This document shows, piece after piece, positions 34,659 to 35,970 of a stretch of DNA of 35,970 nucleotides. Position 1 is the first letter of the stretch. Each line of letters begins with the position of its first letter. The position numbers were made by a program, and so were the translations under genes. The stretch spans positions 1 to 35,970 of the forward strand of contig JANXDV010000001.1 of NCBI GenBank assembly GCA_025058955.1, written 5' to 3'. The notes under the pieces are model-generated. The model was not told the origin of the DNA and did not search any database. It saw nothing but the letters and a program-made list of their open reading frames with translations. The stretch comes from Archaeoglobaceae archaeon. GTDB taxonomy: Archaea; Halobacteriota; Archaeoglobi; Archaeoglobales; Archaeoglobaceae.

Positions 34659-35254
34659 GACTCGTTGCAACTGTTTCGAATTCTGAAGAGTTAAAGCTTG
34701 CAGAGCGAGCGGATTTGATAGAGCTTAGGCTCGATCTTGGAGAATTTAAGGAAATTCCCAGAGGTAATTTTATTGTGACATGCAGAAGAAAAAGTGAGGG
34801 CGGGCTTTACGATGGAGAAGAGGAAAAAAGGATAGAAAAAATGAGGTTTTTTGCTGAAAAAGTGAATGCTGAGCTTGTGGATCTTGAGTTTGACCTTCCA
34901 GATCGCTATTTTAAAGAATTCAACTGCAAGATCATCGAGTCCTACCACAACTTCAAGGAAACGCCCAATTATAGCTTTTTAAAGGACCTCGTCGAGAGTA
35001 AAAGGGGTGACTATTTTAAGATTGCAACTCTCGGCAAAAGTGAAGAAGATTGGAGAAAGATCGTTAAGATCCTCTTAGAATACGAAAACGTTGTGGCATT
35101 TCTAATGGGTGAAAAATTCAGCTATACGAGGATCTTCTCCGCCTATCTTGGCTCACCATTCATCTACTGCTACGTCGGAACAAAAAAAGCTCCCGGACAG
35201 ATCGAGCTGAACGATGCAGCTCAGATCCTTAGACTCTTAGGGGTGAGAAGATGA
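34655..35254 (+). CDS. aroD: 3-dehydroquinate dehydratase, type I
   Basis: ADLIELRLDL N-terminal motif, ESYHNF, KIAT (Schiff-base Lys context), about 200 aa. ATGA overlap with aroB'. Confidence 0.8.
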   Translation: MRLVATVSNSEELKLAERADLIELRLDLGEFKEIPRGNFIVTCRRKSEGGLYDGEEEKRIEKMRFFAEKVNAELVDLEFDLPDRYFKEFNCKIIESYHNFKETPNYSFLKDLVESKRGDYFKIATLGKSEEDWRKIVKILLEYENVVAFLMGEKFSYTRIFSAYLGSPFIYCYVGTKKAPGQIELNDAAQILRLLGVRR

Positions 35255-35970
35255 AGATCCTGATCTACGGCGTTGGAGATCTTGGAACTTTGTTGAAGGA
35301 TTTCTTTTATTCGCGAGGCTACGATGTGAAGGGCTATGATGTGGATGAAGCGAAGAAGGAAACTGAAAACATTTCAGAATTTGACGTGATCTTTGTTTGC
35401 ACACCAATGGGAGAAATAAGGAATGCACTTGGCCATATAAGAAGTGAGGCGAAGAAAAGTGCTTTGCTCGTTGATGTAGCTTCTGTCAAGAGCGTTTCGA
35501 TTTCATTATTTGAAAGATCCGGCTTTGATTTTCTCAGCATTCATCCAATGTTTGGAAAAGATAGTGAATTGGCTCTTTCAAATATAATAGTAGTTCATGA
35601 ATCTGGAAGAGAGGAAGAAAAAGTTATATTGAATGAATTTATAAAAAGTGGAGCTCAAATAACAAGAATGAACGCTGAAGAACATGACAAAAACATGGTG
35701 AAGATCCAAGGGTTAACGCATTTCTTGCTATTGGTTTTTGCGGATCTCTCAGAAGATCTAAGCTATGGAACTCAGAATTACAACGTTCTACGTAAACTTT
35801 CAGCAAGATATCTCGAGCAGAACTGGGAAATGTGCTATCTGATCCTAAAAAATGCTGAAAAGGATCGAGAAGAATTTATTAGCAGAATAATAGCTCTAAA
35901 TGAGACGATCAAAGACAGAGAGAAGTTCCGAAGGGTTTTTTCGAGGTTAAAGGAGCTTTCAGATCTCGCA
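35251..35970 (+). CDS. tyrA: prephenate dehydrogenase (3'-truncated by the window end)
   Basis: Not in the ORF track because no stop occurs before the window end. I translated it manually as MKILIYGVGDLG (Rossmann)...DVASVKS...SIHPMFG...EEHDKNMVKIQGLTHF. ATGA overlap with aroD. Confidence 0.8.
   Translation, partial: MKILIYGVGDLGTLLKDFFYSRGYDVKGYDVDEAKKETENISEFDVIFVCTPMGEIRNALGHIRSEAKKSALLVDVASVKSVSISLFERSGFDFLSIHPMFGKDSELALSNIIVVHESGREEEKVILNEFIKSGAQITRMNAEEHDKNMVKIQGLTHFLLLVFADLSEDLSYGTQNYNVLRKLSARYLEQNWEMCYLILKNAEKDREEFISRIIALNETIKDREKFRRVFSRLKELSDLA

Noticed and set aside
1-35970. Search for CRISPR arrays, IS elements, integrases, toxin-antitoxin pairs and known defence genes
   Set aside because: I saw no regularly spaced direct repeats. 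I also saw no transposase, integrase or Cas-like ORFs in any of the six frames.

Overview
This is a gene-dense chromosomal segment (about 45 genes, roughly 40% GC by eye) from a hyperthermophilic euryarchaeon. Reverse gyrase, A1Ao ATP synthase subunits H/I/K, Hef, aIF1A/aIF5A, an RPA plus COG3390-type partner, and the archaeal ADH-synthase/DHQ-synthase-II shikimate entry route give an Archaeoglobi-like gene content. I cannot assign a species from sequence alone. Most of the window is housekeeping: translation factors and RNA methyltransferases, a base-excision-repair cluster, glyA, purM, agmatinase and tRNA-Thr(GGU). I saw no CRISPR array, transposase, integrase or recognisable defence system.

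Observations worth a second look:
1. A 25-codon ORF with 10 Phe/Tyr/Trp codons lies directly upstream of the aromatic amino acid operon. It has its own TATA box and alternative RNA pairings, so it is a candidate leader-peptide attenuator, a mechanism not established in Archaea to my knowledge.
2. aIF1A has a conserved-looking N-terminus that can only be translated from an in-frame CTG behind a good Shine-Dalgarno (SD) sequence.
3. Two atpK copies with near-identical 5' ends are separated by a small translationally coupled membrane ORF.
4. A 430-aa protein is built from three tandem copies of an uncharacterised domain of about 125 aa.
5. A stand-alone membrane-anchored octaheme c-type cytochrome is present.
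6. An NSUN methyltransferase and a Nip7-like PUA gene overlap by 67 nt, with an A_AAA_TAA slip-compatible site.
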